Shown here piece by piece: positions 9,933 through 19,034 of a DNA stretch of 32,000 nt. Position 1 is the first letter of the stretch. Every line of letters begins with the position of its first letter. This DNA is from Desulfocapsa sulfexigens DSM 10523 (GTDB lineage: Bacteria > Desulfobacterota > Desulfobulbia > Desulfobulbales > Desulfocapsaceae). The DNA is taken from the NCBI RefSeq assembly GCF_000341395.1, contig NC_020304.1, positions 2,760,001 to 2,792,000 of the forward strand, in the 5' to 3' direction. Position numbers and translations under genes: made by a program. Below the pieces are notes generated by a model. It searched no databases. It saw nothing but the letters and a program-made list of their open reading frames with translations, and had not been told where the DNA came from.

Positions 9933-10751
9933 ATGTTGCCGAAAGTGGCTGCCATTGTTGTCTCTCATAATTCCAAGGCAACCCTTGAACGGTGTATCGC
10001 CGCACTGGAAGCTCAGGATCATTGCCTTGAGAGCATAATCCTGGTTGACAGTGGCTCCAGCGATAAAGAATATCTCGATGCTTTTAAACGGAGAAAATCC
10101 GTGCGATTGCTGCTCGCTGACAATATCGGTTTTTCCAGAGCAAATAATCTTGGATATGAATCCCTTTCTCCGGATGCTGATTTTGTCCTTTTTGTGAATC
10201 CTGATCTTTTTTTGCCACCAGACTCTATTGCAACAGCCCTTCCTCTATTTGAAGAAAAACCCTTGATTGCAATGCTTTCAGGCAAGCTACTCGGATATGA
10301 TATCGAGCATGATAGGCCCAGTGGCAGGATTGATTCCACTGGAATTCAACGAAAATGGTATGGACGCTGGTTCGACCGGGGCCAGGGGCAATGTGACAAT
10401 GGCCAGTATGATGAGCCTGAAGAAATGGATGCTCTCTGTGGTGCCCTGCTCCTTTGCAGGAACGCAGCTTTGCAATCCCTGCCCGGCCCTGTTTTTGATC
10501 CTGTTTTTTTTCTCTACAAGGAAGATATCGAGCTCAGTCTCCGTCTGAGAAAACTTGGCTGGAAACTTTTATATACTCCTGTATTATGTGCCTATCACTG
10601 CCGTGGCTGGAAAGGGGAGAGGCAGAAAATGTCTTATGCGCTGCGTGTCACTGCCGTGAAAAGTGAACTGCTGTTATATAAAAAACACCCATCTCCCTAT
10701 GTTCTCTTTGCACTCCTTAAATATGTGCTGGTAACAGTATTTCGTCTTTAG
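9933..10751 (+). CDS. Family 2 glycosyltransferase (rhamnosyltransferase-like)
   Basis: VAAIVVSHNSKATLERCIAALEAQDH, ILVDSGSSD, LFVNPDLFLP, KEDIELSLRLRKLGWKLLY. ATG at 9933 avoids the 125-nt overlap implied by the tracked start at 9795. Confidence 0.85.
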   Translation: MLPKVAAIVVSHNSKATLERCIAALEAQDHCLESIILVDSGSSDKEYLDAFKRRKSVRLLLADNIGFSRANNLGYESLSPDADFVLFVNPDLFLPPDSIATALPLFEEKPLIAMLSGKLLGYDIEHDRPSGRIDSTGIQRKWYGRWFDRGQGQCDNGQYDEPEEMDALCGALLLCRNAALQSLPGPVFDPVFFLYKEDIELSLRLRKLGWKLLYTPVLCAYHCRGWKGERQKMSYALRVTAVKSELLLYKKHPSPYVLFALLKYVLVTVFRL

Positions 10752-10762
10752 AAAAGGTCTGA

Positions 10763-11710
10763 ATGAAAGTGCCAAGCAATTTTCCCCGTATATCTGTTAT
10801 TATCCCGACTCTTAATGGTGGCAGTAGGTTCCGGGAATTGCTGGAGCAACTTTCCCTTCAGACTGTTACTCTTTATGAGTTACTGGTTGTGGATTCCAGT
10901 TCTACAGATGACACCTGTCGTATCGCCGAAGAGTTTGGTGCTACAGTTATCACCATCAGGCGCGATGCGTTTGATCATGGGGCCACAAGAAGTATGGCTG
11001 CAAAACAGGCAGATGGCGAATTACTTCTCTTTTTTACCCAGGATGCTGTTCCGGTGAGTCATGATCTTCTCCAGAAGTTAATTGACCCCTTACTCCATGA
11101 TTCATCCGTTGCCATCAGTTATGGACGGCAGTTGCCAAACTCTGATGCATCCCTCTTTGCGAAAACATTACGAATGTTTAACTACCCTGATAAGTCGGTT
11201 GTTCGTCAATTCTCCGACAGGGCACGACTTGGCCTCAAAACTGCATTTGTTTCTAACTCCTGTGCGGCCTATCGTAAATCTTCCCTTAAACAGGTAAACT
11301 ATTTTGCAGAAAACCTGATCTTCGGTGAAGATACCTGTGCCGCTGGAAGATTACTCCAGAAAGGGTTTAAAATTGTGTATGTGGCGGAAGCTCCTGTTTA
11401 CCATTCACACAATTATACTCTGAGCCAGGAATTTCGTCGTTCATTTGATATTGGCGTACTCCACAGGGTTGAACACTGGCTTCCTGAAACCTTTGGACGT
11501 GCAGAGGGTGAGGGATTGAAATACATCAAATTTGAATTAACCATGATTCTGGAACAGAAGAAATTTCATCTGCTGCCGCTGTTTTTTTGTCGTAATCTGG
11601 TAAAATTTATTGGCTATAAATCGGGTAACAGGTATGGTACCCTGCCTTTGTGGCTTGTACCACATCTTAGTATGAATTCGAACTGGTGGCAGAAATCAGT
11701 AAAACGTTAA
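10763..11710 (+). CDS. Family 2 glycosyltransferase (rhamnosyltransferase-like)
   Basis: ISVIIPTLNGGSRFRELLEQLSLQT, LLVVDSSSTDDTCRIAEEFGA, DAFDHGATRSMAA, GEDTCAAGRLLQKGFKIVYV. AAGGT upstream of ATG. Confidence 0.9.
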   Translation: MKVPSNFPRISVIIPTLNGGSRFRELLEQLSLQTVTLYELLVVDSSSTDDTCRIAEEFGATVITIRRDAFDHGATRSMAAKQADGELLLFFTQDAVPVSHDLLQKLIDPLLHDSSVAISYGRQLPNSDASLFAKTLRMFNYPDKSVVRQFSDRARLGLKTAFVSNSCAAYRKSSLKQVNYFAENLIFGEDTCAAGRLLQKGFKIVYVAEAPVYHSHNYTLSQEFRRSFDIGVLHRVEHWLPETFGRAEGEGLKYIKFELTMILEQKKFHLLPLFFCRNLVKFIGYKSGNRYGTLPLWLVPHLSMNSNWWQKSVKR

Positions 11711-11722
11711 AGTTTCAGGTGT

Positions 11723-13162
11723 TTGCATGTTGTATTTATAATTATGAATATGCTTTCCACAAATCTCAGGGAACAGAGCTCCATTATGGCCAGGCTGCTG
11801 CATGTCTTTGACTGCATTGTTGTCGTTGGCTTTTTGTGGCTTCTTCTCATCTGGTACAGAGTTCCCTGGACCCCTTACTATACGCGTTTTGCGATAATTA
11901 CCACCGTTCTCTGTCTGATCACCTTTCAATCTTTCCAGCTTTATCGATCCTGGCGGGGATGGAAATTTTTTCAGGAATTTATCGTTATTCTAAGAGCCTG
12001 GGGGACGGTTGTCGGTCTTCTCCTGTTTTATTTTTTCGTTTTCAAGATATCCCATGCCTATTCACGGGTGGTTTTTCTCATCTGGTCACTCTCTACTCCC
12101 GTCCTCCTTTTTACAATGCACGTGGCAGCGAGGAAAGTCCTCCATTATTTTCGATCTCAGGGGAAAAATGTGCGACATGCAGTGGTTGCTGGTGCTGGTG
12201 ATCTTGGTGTCTCTCTTGCCAGGGAGCTAGAGACTATCCCCTGGGCAGGTATTGATGTGATCGGTTTTTTTGATGATAAGGTCGAGGAAAGTGCCCAGTT
12301 ACAGGAGATGGGAAAAAGCATTTTGGGTGATATTGCTACTCTTCCTAAATATCTTGAGAGCAATGATATTGACTACGTATATATTGCGCTTCCCATGCGT
12401 GCCGAAAAAAAGATTTTTAAAATCCTGCGGGAATGTCGTTCCCTGGGGGCTCGTATTTATCTGGTACCAGATCTCTATGTTTACGGCCTGCACCATGCTG
12501 AAATACAGTCCCTTGGAAGCCTCCTTATCTTAAATTTTAATCCCAATACCGAGTGGAAACGAAGTTTTGATGTGATTTTTTCAAGCCTGGTGCTTGTCTG
12601 TGTATCACCATTATTGCTCATTATTGCATGGCTTGTTAAATTTCAGGACGGTGGGCCAGTTTTTTACAGGCATCGCAGGATCACTTCGGCTGGAAAGGAA
12701 TTTGACTGCCTCAAGTTTCGCTCAATGGTTGAGAACGCCGATTTGAAGCTCGAACAACTGCTAAGCGAGGATCCAAAATTACGGAAGGAATGGGACACCA
12801 GTTTCAAGCTCCAGGATGATCCACGGGTCACCCGACTTGGAAAATTCCTGCGAAAAACCAGCCTTGATGAATTACCACAATTCTTTAATGTGTTGAAGGG
12901 AGAGATGAGTGTCGTCGGGGCACGCCCCATTGTGGATAAGGAACTTACTGATTTTTACAAAGAGAGTGCTGGCCGTTACTGCTCGATGAAACCGGGAATT
13001 ACGGGTCCGTGGCAGGTGGAACGCCGTTCTGACAGCAATACGAGCTACGACGAACGTGTCGGCATGGATGACTGGTATATCTTGAATTATTCCCTGTGGA
13101 CCGATATTAAGATTATTTGCAAAACCATCAAACGTGTCTTTGATGGTCGTGGAGCTGTTTGA
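11723..13162 (+). CDS. Undecaprenyl-phosphate sugar phosphotransferase (WbaP-like, exopolysaccharide biosynthesis polyprenyl glycosylphosphotransferase); ATG alternatives at 11744/11750
   Basis: Multiple N-terminal TMs, CoA-binding-like domain (AVVAGAGDLGVSLARELE), C-terminal KRSFDVIFSS...DGGPVFYRHRRI...RLGKFLRKTSLDELPQFFNVLKGEMSVVGARP catalytic domain. Confidence 0.93.
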   Translation: MHVVFIIMNMLSTNLREQSSIMARLLHVFDCIVVVGFLWLLLIWYRVPWTPYYTRFAIITTVLCLITFQSFQLYRSWRGWKFFQEFIVILRAWGTVVGLLLFYFFVFKISHAYSRVVFLIWSLSTPVLLFTMHVAARKVLHYFRSQGKNVRHAVVAGAGDLGVSLARELETIPWAGIDVIGFFDDKVEESAQLQEMGKSILGDIATLPKYLESNDIDYVYIALPMRAEKKIFKILRECRSLGARIYLVPDLYVYGLHHAEIQSLGSLLILNFNPNTEWKRSFDVIFSSLVLVCVSPLLLIIAWLVKFQDGGPVFYRHRRITSAGKEFDCLKFRSMVENADLKLEQLLSEDPKLRKEWDTSFKLQDDPRVTRLGKFLRKTSLDELPQFFNVLKGEMSVVGARPIVDKELTDFYKESAGRYCSMKPGITGPWQVERRSDSNTSYDERVGMDDWYILNYSLWTDIKIICKTIKRVFDGRGAV

Positions 13163-13171
13163 GTTTGGTTT

Positions 13172-13927
13172 TTATTCTCCGGCGACTGCTTTCATCAGTA
13201 TTTGAGGGGCATCTCCTGTAGCTTTGTCGAGAAGGTTCAGTGGAATTTCTTGACGCTCTGCTTTTCGTATTTCCTTTGAATCTGGAAAGAATGCTACTGG
13301 ACGTATCGCCAGTCCTTCTTCGAGGAATATTTTGTCTTCTTCATCGGTTACCAGATTTCCAACAAAGCTGATTCGTGGAATTTTTACATCTTCTGCCAGC
13401 TTTTTTACTTTAAGTGCTGTCCTGATGGATGATTTGGACGGTATCACCACAATCAGCAGGTGGTCAATACCTGCAATCGTTCCTCTCCCAAGATGCTCCA
13501 CTCCCGCCTCCATGTCGAGGAGTACGACCTGATCCTTTGAAAGGAGCAGCTTGGTCAGCATTCTTCGTAAAACGTTGTTCTCCGGGCAGGCACATCCTTT
13601 GTCGCCCGTCTGAATTGCACCCAGTACCATCAGTTTCATGCCGTTATGCTGGATCATGAAGTCGACGAGTAGATCATTTACTTCCGGGTTCATATTATAC
13701 ATGGGTGAGCCTTCGGTTTTGCCGGAGCGTTCGACCAGAAGTTGTGTCATGTCTGCAATGGGACGGATCTTCTCGGGATGCTCAACACCAAGGGTTTCAG
13801 CCATATGGGGGCTGGGGTCGGCATCAATAACCAGTACGTCCTTACCGGCACGTTTAAACTCATCTGCCAGAAGTGCCATGATGGTGGTCTTTCCAACTCC
13901 GCCCTTTCCACTGATTGCAATTTTCAT
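13172..13927 (-). CDS. CooC-family P-loop ATPase (nickel-insertion/CODH accessory protein-like, MinD/ParA superfamily)
   Basis: MKIAISGKGGVGKTTI deviant Walker A, VIDADPSPHMAETLG, YNMNPEVNDLL..., VLLDMEAGVEHLGRGT, all typical of CooC-like proteins. Confidence 0.85.
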   Translation of the reverse strand: MKIAISGKGGVGKTTIMALLADEFKRAGKDVLVIDADPSPHMAETLGVEHPEKIRPIADMTQLLVERSGKTEGSPMYNMNPEVNDLLVDFMIQHNGMKLMVLGAIQTGDKGCACPENNVLRRMLTKLLLSKDQVVLLDMEAGVEHLGRGTIAGIDHLLIVVIPSKSSIRTALKVKKLAEDVKIPRISFVGNLVTDEEDKIFLEEGLAIRPVAFFPDSKEIRKAERQEIPLNLLDKATGDAPQILMKAVAGE

Positions 13928-14044
13928 AGTTGTTTTCCTCTGCTACAGTCCGCTTTTTCTTGCAAGCTGATCCAAAATGGTTATATCTTTATGGCAAATG
14001 TAGTGCAATTGTTGTTTTGAGTAAACTAAAACAGGAGGATTAAT

Positions 14045-14755
14045 ATGGAATATATGAGTAACCAACAAATAACCTTGAGTCAGGCAAAGCAGGAAGCCTC
14101 TACGATTTTTCTGGCAAAGGTATTTAACTGGATGGCAATAGGGCTTGGTTTAACAGGTGTGGTCGCCTGGTTTATGGCGTCGAGTGGTTTTGCTGCACAA
14201 CTCGTAAGCAGTCCTCTTTTTATGATTCTCATTTTTGCTGAGCTTGGGCTTGTTTTTTATCTCTCAGCCCGCATCGAAAAGATTCAGGCTGGAACAGCTA
14301 CCGGCCTGTTTCTTGGCTACGCCGGACTCAATGGACTGACTCTGTCTATGGTTTTCCTCGCTTATACAAACTCTTCCATTGCTGCGACCTTTTTTATCAC
14401 AGCAGGAATGTTTGGTGCCATGGCAGTATACGGTCTGGTGACGAAACGTGATCTGTCTGGCATTGGTTCCTTTCTCTTTATGGGACTCATCGGAATTATC
14501 ATTGCCTCGGTGGTGAATATATTTCTTAAGAGTTCGTCACTCTACTGGGCGATCTCCCTTATAGGAGTCTTTGTCTTTGTCGGTCTCACTGCTTATGATG
14601 TTCAGAAGATCAAAAACATGGGTGAGCAGGGTATTATGGAACAGGGTGGAGAGGCCATCCAGAAAGGTGCTATTATGGGTGCCCTTGCTCTCTATCTTGA
14701 TTTTATCAATCTCTTCCTTATGCTTCTCCGTTTTTTTGGGGGCAGCAGGAATTAG
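14045..14755 (+). CDS. Bax inhibitor-1/YccA family membrane protein
   Basis: FLAKVFNWMAIGLGLTGVVAWF, about seven hydrophobic segments, ALSLYLDFINLFLMLLRFFG-type ending (ALALYLDFINLFLMLLRFFGGSR). AGGAGG at 14033-14038. Confidence 0.9.
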   Translation: MEYMSNQQITLSQAKQEASTIFLAKVFNWMAIGLGLTGVVAWFMASSGFAAQLVSSPLFMILIFAELGLVFYLSARIEKIQAGTATGLFLGYAGLNGLTLSMVFLAYTNSSIAATFFITAGMFGAMAVYGLVTKRDLSGIGSFLFMGLIGIIIASVVNIFLKSSSLYWAISLIGVFVFVGLTAYDVQKIKNMGEQGIMEQGGEAIQKGAIMGALALYLDFINLFLMLLRFFGGSRN

Positions 14756-14780
14756 GAAAGTAGAGGTAGCTCACTGAAGA

Positions 14781-14820
14781 AAAAGCATGTTCTGCCCTGG
14801 GTAGGACATGCTTTTCTGTT
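14781..14820 (+). terminator. Putative rho-independent terminator after the BI-1 family gene
   Basis: AAAAGCATGTtCTgccctgggtAGgACATGCTTTT inverted repeat, stem about 10-12 bp, lying between the 14755 stop and the 14839 start. The T-run is partly inside the stem. Confidence 0.75.
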
Positions 14821-14838
14821 TTTAAGCATAGGAAACCG

Positions 14839-16059
14839 ATGAATATGGACTGTTCATTTTCTGGAAAAAAGGTAGTCGTCGGAGTAACTGGCTCCATTGC
14901 AGCTTTTAAGGTTGCCGGGTGGGTCAGCGCACTCACCAAAGAAGGGGCTGAGGTAAAGGTTGTTATGACCCCTGCAGCCTGTCGTTTTGTCACACCTCTT
15001 ACCTATGCCGCACTCTCTGGTAATCCGGTTTTGACCGATATGTTTGCTGCCGAAGAGGCTCATGCCATTTCTCATGTTCAACTTGGTCAGGAAGCAGATA
15101 TTCTTCTTATTGCACCTGCCACTGCCAACACCATCGCCAAGATTGCCCATGGTCTTGCTGACGACCTCCTGTCTACCTCAGTTCTCGCCGCAACCTGTCC
15201 TGTCATATTTGCTCCCGCAATGAATAGTCAGATGCTGGCCAATCCGGCAACTCAGCGTAATCTTGAAAGAGTAAAAGGCCTGGGGTATGGAATAATCGAA
15301 CCGGATAGTGGAAAGATGGCCTGTAAAACCGAAGGCCCCGGTCGTCTTCCTGAATGGTGCGATGCACGGGAACAACTTCTTGCTGCTCTGACGAAGCAGG
15401 ATCTGTTAGGAAAGAAAATTCTGGTTACAGCGGGTCCCACCCGTGAAGCTCTTGACCCTGCCAGGTTCCTCAGTAATCGATCCTCAGGGAAAATGGGATA
15501 TGCCTTGGCGCGTGCTGCCAAAAGGCGTGGCGCTGAAGTCCTTCTGGTGAGTGGTCCAACCGCATTGGCAACACCTTTTGGAGTGAAACGCATTGATATT
15601 CAGACTGCTGCAGAGATGAATGCTGTTGTGATGGAAGCCTGTGGCCGCCAGTCAGTTATTATCAAATCCGCTGCAGTCAGTGATTTCTGTCCGGAAAGGA
15701 TTGAATCCGAAAAGGTCAAAAAAGATACGGCTCAATTTGTTTTGCCACTCAAACAGACACCCGATATTTTAGCGCAGCTGGGGCAGAGAAAAGAGAAGGA
15801 ACATTTTCTTCTGGTGGGGTTTGCAGCTGAAAGTCGCGACCATCGTGCCGCTGGAGAGAAAAAACTCAGTCAAAAAAATCTCGATCTGATTGCAATTAAC
15901 GATATTAGTGGCGAGGATACTGGTTTTGAAACAGATACTAATCAGGTCACTTTGTTAGACAAGAATGGCTTTACAGATCTCCCTTTAACCAGTAAAGAAG
16001 CGACCGCCAATCTGATTCTTGACAGAGTTGCCACTCTGTTAATTGATACGAACAACTAA
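14839..16059 (+). CDS. coaBC: Bifunctional phosphopantothenoylcysteine decarboxylase / phosphopantothenate-cysteine ligase
   Basis: KKVVVGVTGSIAAFKV, HVQLGQEADILLIAPATANTIAKIAHGLADDLLS, VFAPAMNSQM, KKILVTAGPTREALDPARFLSNRSSGKMGYALA, VLLVSGPT. Confidence 0.97.
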   Translation: MNMDCSFSGKKVVVGVTGSIAAFKVAGWVSALTKEGAEVKVVMTPAACRFVTPLTYAALSGNPVLTDMFAAEEAHAISHVQLGQEADILLIAPATANTIAKIAHGLADDLLSTSVLAATCPVIFAPAMNSQMLANPATQRNLERVKGLGYGIIEPDSGKMACKTEGPGRLPEWCDAREQLLAALTKQDLLGKKILVTAGPTREALDPARFLSNRSSGKMGYALARAAKRRGAEVLLVSGPTALATPFGVKRIDIQTAAEMNAVVMEACGRQSVIIKSAAVSDFCPERIESEKVKKDTAQFVLPLKQTPDILAQLGQRKEKEHFLLVGFAAESRDHRAAGEKKLSQKNLDLIAINDISGEDTGFETDTNQVTLLDKNGFTDLPLTSKEATANLILDRVATLLIDTNN

Positions 16060-16093
16060 ACTCTTTTCAAAAGAAATCTTAAAAACACAACAA

Positions 16094-17302
16094 ATGACTC
16101 CGCGAGAACGTTCCATCCTGACAGTGACTTGTTATGGTCATTTTATAAGTCATTTCAATATGCTTGTTTTCCCAGCTGTGCTTTTGCCACTTACTGCCAG
16201 GCTTGGTATGGAAATGGGTCCGACACTGGCGCTCTCTTTCTGGATGTATCTCCTGTTCGGGATAACGGCTTTACCATGGGGACTGCTGGGTGATCGCCTG
16301 GGCTCACGACCTCTGCTTCTTTTGTTTTATTTCGGGGCTGGTCTCTGTGGTCTACTGGCGGCTATGAATACTACCAATCCTTTTATGTTCAGCCTCTGTC
16401 TTGCTGGTATAGGTCTCTTTTCCGGTATTTATCATCCCGTAGGGCTTGGCTGGATAGCCAGGGAGTTTAAGAATACCAGTCAGGGAATGGCATATAACGG
16501 TATGTTCGGGAATCTTGGTCTTGCAACAGCTCCAATACTCGCTGGGTCCGTGAACTACTTCTGGGGAGTGGAAGCTGTCTATGGGGTTTTGGGAGTTGTC
16601 AATGCAAGCGGGCTGATCCTTCTCTATTTTGTTCGCAATGGTCATTCGACAAAACAGGAAAGGAGGGAAAAAAAGCCACAGACTCAGGGAAATCTTAAAC
16701 CTTTTCTGGTTCTCTTGGTGGCTATGATGCTTGGCGGTGTGGTCTATCGTGCCACTACCGTAACCCTGCCAGCCTATTTTGAGATGCAGAATCAAAGTCT
16801 GTATCAGAGCTTTCTGTCAGTTTTCGGTCAACTGGGATCACCAAATGTTTTTGCTACTCTGGTGACATCTTTTATTTATCTGGTCGGTATGGCAGGACAG
16901 TACTATGGAGGCCGGGTCGGACAGTCGGTTGATCTTGGCAAAGGATACCTGATCTTTCACCTTATTACCATTCCCACAGTTATTGCCATGGCTGTAACCT
17001 CTAATATGCCACTTATCATCTTTGCCATGGTCCATTCCTTTTTCCTGTTGGGAATGCAACCATTAGAAAACACCCTGGTGGCGAGGTTGAGTCCACCACA
17101 GTTTCATAGTTCGGCCTATGGGCTGAAGTTTATTCTTACCTTTGGGGTAGGGGCACTCAGTGTCAGTATGGTGAGTATCATTAAGGAAAGTTTCGGCTTA
17201 AGTAGCGTTTATTTTGCCCTTGCACTTGTCTCTACGACGCTGGTCTCTGCTATTCTTTTGCTGAATCACTACCGGAAATCACTGAACAGCGTCGCAGGCT
17301 GA
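16094..17302 (+). CDS. Major facilitator superfamily transporter
   Basis: About 12 hydrophobic segments; SHFNMLVFPAVLLPLTARLG and WGLLGDRLGSRPLLLLFY MFS motif. The tracked TTG start at 16043 overlaps coaBC; ATG at 16094 is more plausible. Confidence 0.85.
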   Translation: MTPRERSILTVTCYGHFISHFNMLVFPAVLLPLTARLGMEMGPTLALSFWMYLLFGITALPWGLLGDRLGSRPLLLLFYFGAGLCGLLAAMNTTNPFMFSLCLAGIGLFSGIYHPVGLGWIAREFKNTSQGMAYNGMFGNLGLATAPILAGSVNYFWGVEAVYGVLGVVNASGLILLYFVRNGHSTKQERREKKPQTQGNLKPFLVLLVAMMLGGVVYRATTVTLPAYFEMQNQSLYQSFLSVFGQLGSPNVFATLVTSFIYLVGMAGQYYGGRVGQSVDLGKGYLIFHLITIPTVIAMAVTSNMPLIIFAMVHSFFLLGMQPLENTLVARLSPPQFHSSAYGLKFILTFGVGALSVSMVSIIKESFGLSSVYFALALVSTTLVSAILLLNHYRKSLNSVAG

Positions 17303-17334
17303 AAAAGCAGGACACTAACCGATTCATTGTATCG

Positions 17335-19020
17335 CTATTTGAGTTTCGCCCAGGAATCACGGAGGCTCACGGTTCTGTTAAATATCAGTTTTTCGGGTGT
17401 TGAATCTTTCACATCCACACAAAAATAGCCCTGCCTTTCGAACTGGAAACATTTGCCGGGGGCTGCATTGGCAAGTGACGGTTCCACAAAACAGTTGTGT
17501 AAAGAACTTAAGGATTCTGGATTTAAATGCTCTTTGAAATCCACATTCCTGTCGGCATCTGGATTGTCAACGCTGAAGAGCCTGTCATAGAGGCGAACTT
17601 CACATTGTACAGCCTCATTGGCAGAGACCCAGTGAATGGTACCTTTGACCTTGCGTCCATCGGGGGCATTGCCACCATAGGTTTCGGGGTCGTAGCTACA
17701 GTGAAGTTCCAGTATTTCCCCGGTCGTTTCGTCCTTCACCACCGATTCACAGGTAATAAAATAGGCGTAACGCAGTCGAACCTCACGGCCGATATCGAGG
17801 CGGAAAAATTTCTTTGGCGCATTTTCCATAAAATCAGTGCGTTCAATGTAGATTTCACGGGAGAAGGGCAACATCCTACTTCCCATCTCAGGGTTCTGTG
17901 GGTGGTTTTGCCCTTCAACCTCTTCAACTTGGTCTTCGGGATAGTTGGTTATTATCACCTTCAATGGATCGAGTACCCCCAGTACCCGCGGCGCGATTGT
18001 ATTGAGATCATTGCGGATCGCATTTTCCAGCACACCCATATCGATCCAGCTGTCTCTCTTGCCAACCCCTATCTCGGCACAGAATTCACGGATCGAGGCC
18101 GGGGTATACCCACGGCGTCTGAGACCTGAGACGGTGAGCATTCGAGGGTCATCCCAGCCGCTTACGTGACCTTCTTTGACGAGCTGCATCAGCTTACGTT
18201 TTGACATCACGGTATAGCTGAGATTCAAACGGGCAAATTCTATCTGCTGCGGATGGCTTGGAGTTTCAAGAATATCTAATACCCAGTCATAGAGAGGGCG
18301 ATGGTCTGCGAATTCAAGGGTACAAAGGGAATGGGTGATATGTTCCAGGGCATCAGAAAGACAATGGGTGAAATCATACATGGGGTAAATACACCAGGTG
18401 TCACCGGTTCTATGGTGACTGACATTCATGATTCGGTAAATGATCGGATCGCGCATGTTGAGATTGGGAGAGGCCATGTCAATTTTTGCGCGGAGAACAT
18501 GACTGCCTTCTGCGAATTTTCCATCCCTCATTCCCTGGAACAGTTCAAGGTTCTCTGCAACTGTTCGGTTACGATATGGGCTGTTTTTGCCTGGTTCTGT
18601 GAGGGTTCCACGATAGTCCCGCATCTCTTCGGCGGAGAGGCAACATACATAAGCCTTTTCTTTTTTGATCAGCGCAACAGCGAAGTCGTACAGCTGTTCG
18701 AAGTAATCGGAGGCGTAAAAAAGATTGTCTCCCCAGTCAAATCCAAGCCATTGCACATCATGGATGATGGATTCAACATATGCCAGCTCTTCTTTGCTGG
18801 GATTCGTGTCATCAAAACGTAGATGACAACGACCACCGAACTCTGCAGCAATGCCAAAATTTAAACAGATAGATTTTGCATGACCGATATGGAGAAATCC
18901 GTTTGGCTCCGGTGGGAAGCGGGTTATAGGAACACTGTGTTTCCCACTCTTCAGATCTTCTGTGACTATCTGTCTGATAAAATCAAGGGGTTTTTCACTG
19001 CTTTCTTTTACTGTATCCAT
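17335..19020 (-). CDS. glnS: Glutaminyl-tRNA synthetase
   Basis: [45 protein letters not shown]-type motif ([19 protein letters not shown]), [13 protein letters not shown]-terminal region. Confidence 0.97.
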   Translation of the reverse strand: MDTVKESSEKPLDFIRQIVTEDLKSGKHSVPITRFPPEPNGFLHIGHAKSICLNFGIAAEFGGRCHLRFDDTNPSKEELAYVESIIHDVQWLGFDWGDNLFYASDYFEQLYDFAVALIKKEKAYVCCLSAEEMRDYRGTLTEPGKNSPYRNRTVAENLELFQGMRDGKFAEGSHVLRAKIDMASPNLNMRDPIIYRIMNVSHHRTGDTWCIYPMYDFTHCLSDALEHITHSLCTLEFADHRPLYDWVLDILETPSHPQQIEFARLNLSYTVMSKRKLMQLVKEGHVSGWDDPRMLTVSGLRRRGYTPASIREFCAEIGVGKRDSWIDMGVLENAIRNDLNTIAPRVLGVLDPLKVIITNYPEDQVEEVEGQNHPQNPEMGSRMLPFSREIYIERTDFMENAPKKFFRLDIGREVRLRYAYFITCESVVKDETTGEILELHCSYDPETYGGNAPDGRKVKGTIHWVSANEAVQCEVRLYDRLFSVDNPDADRNVDFKEHLNPESLSSLHNCFVEPSLANAAPGKCFQFERQGYFCVDVKDSTPEKLIFNRTVSLRDSWAKLK

Positions 19021-19034
19021 AAATGTGTCTCTAA

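Noticed and set aside
17527-18822. Plus-strand ORFs of 200 and 173 aa within glnS
   Set aside because: Antisense to the intact glnS coding sequence, with low-complexity or atypical composition and no family motif.
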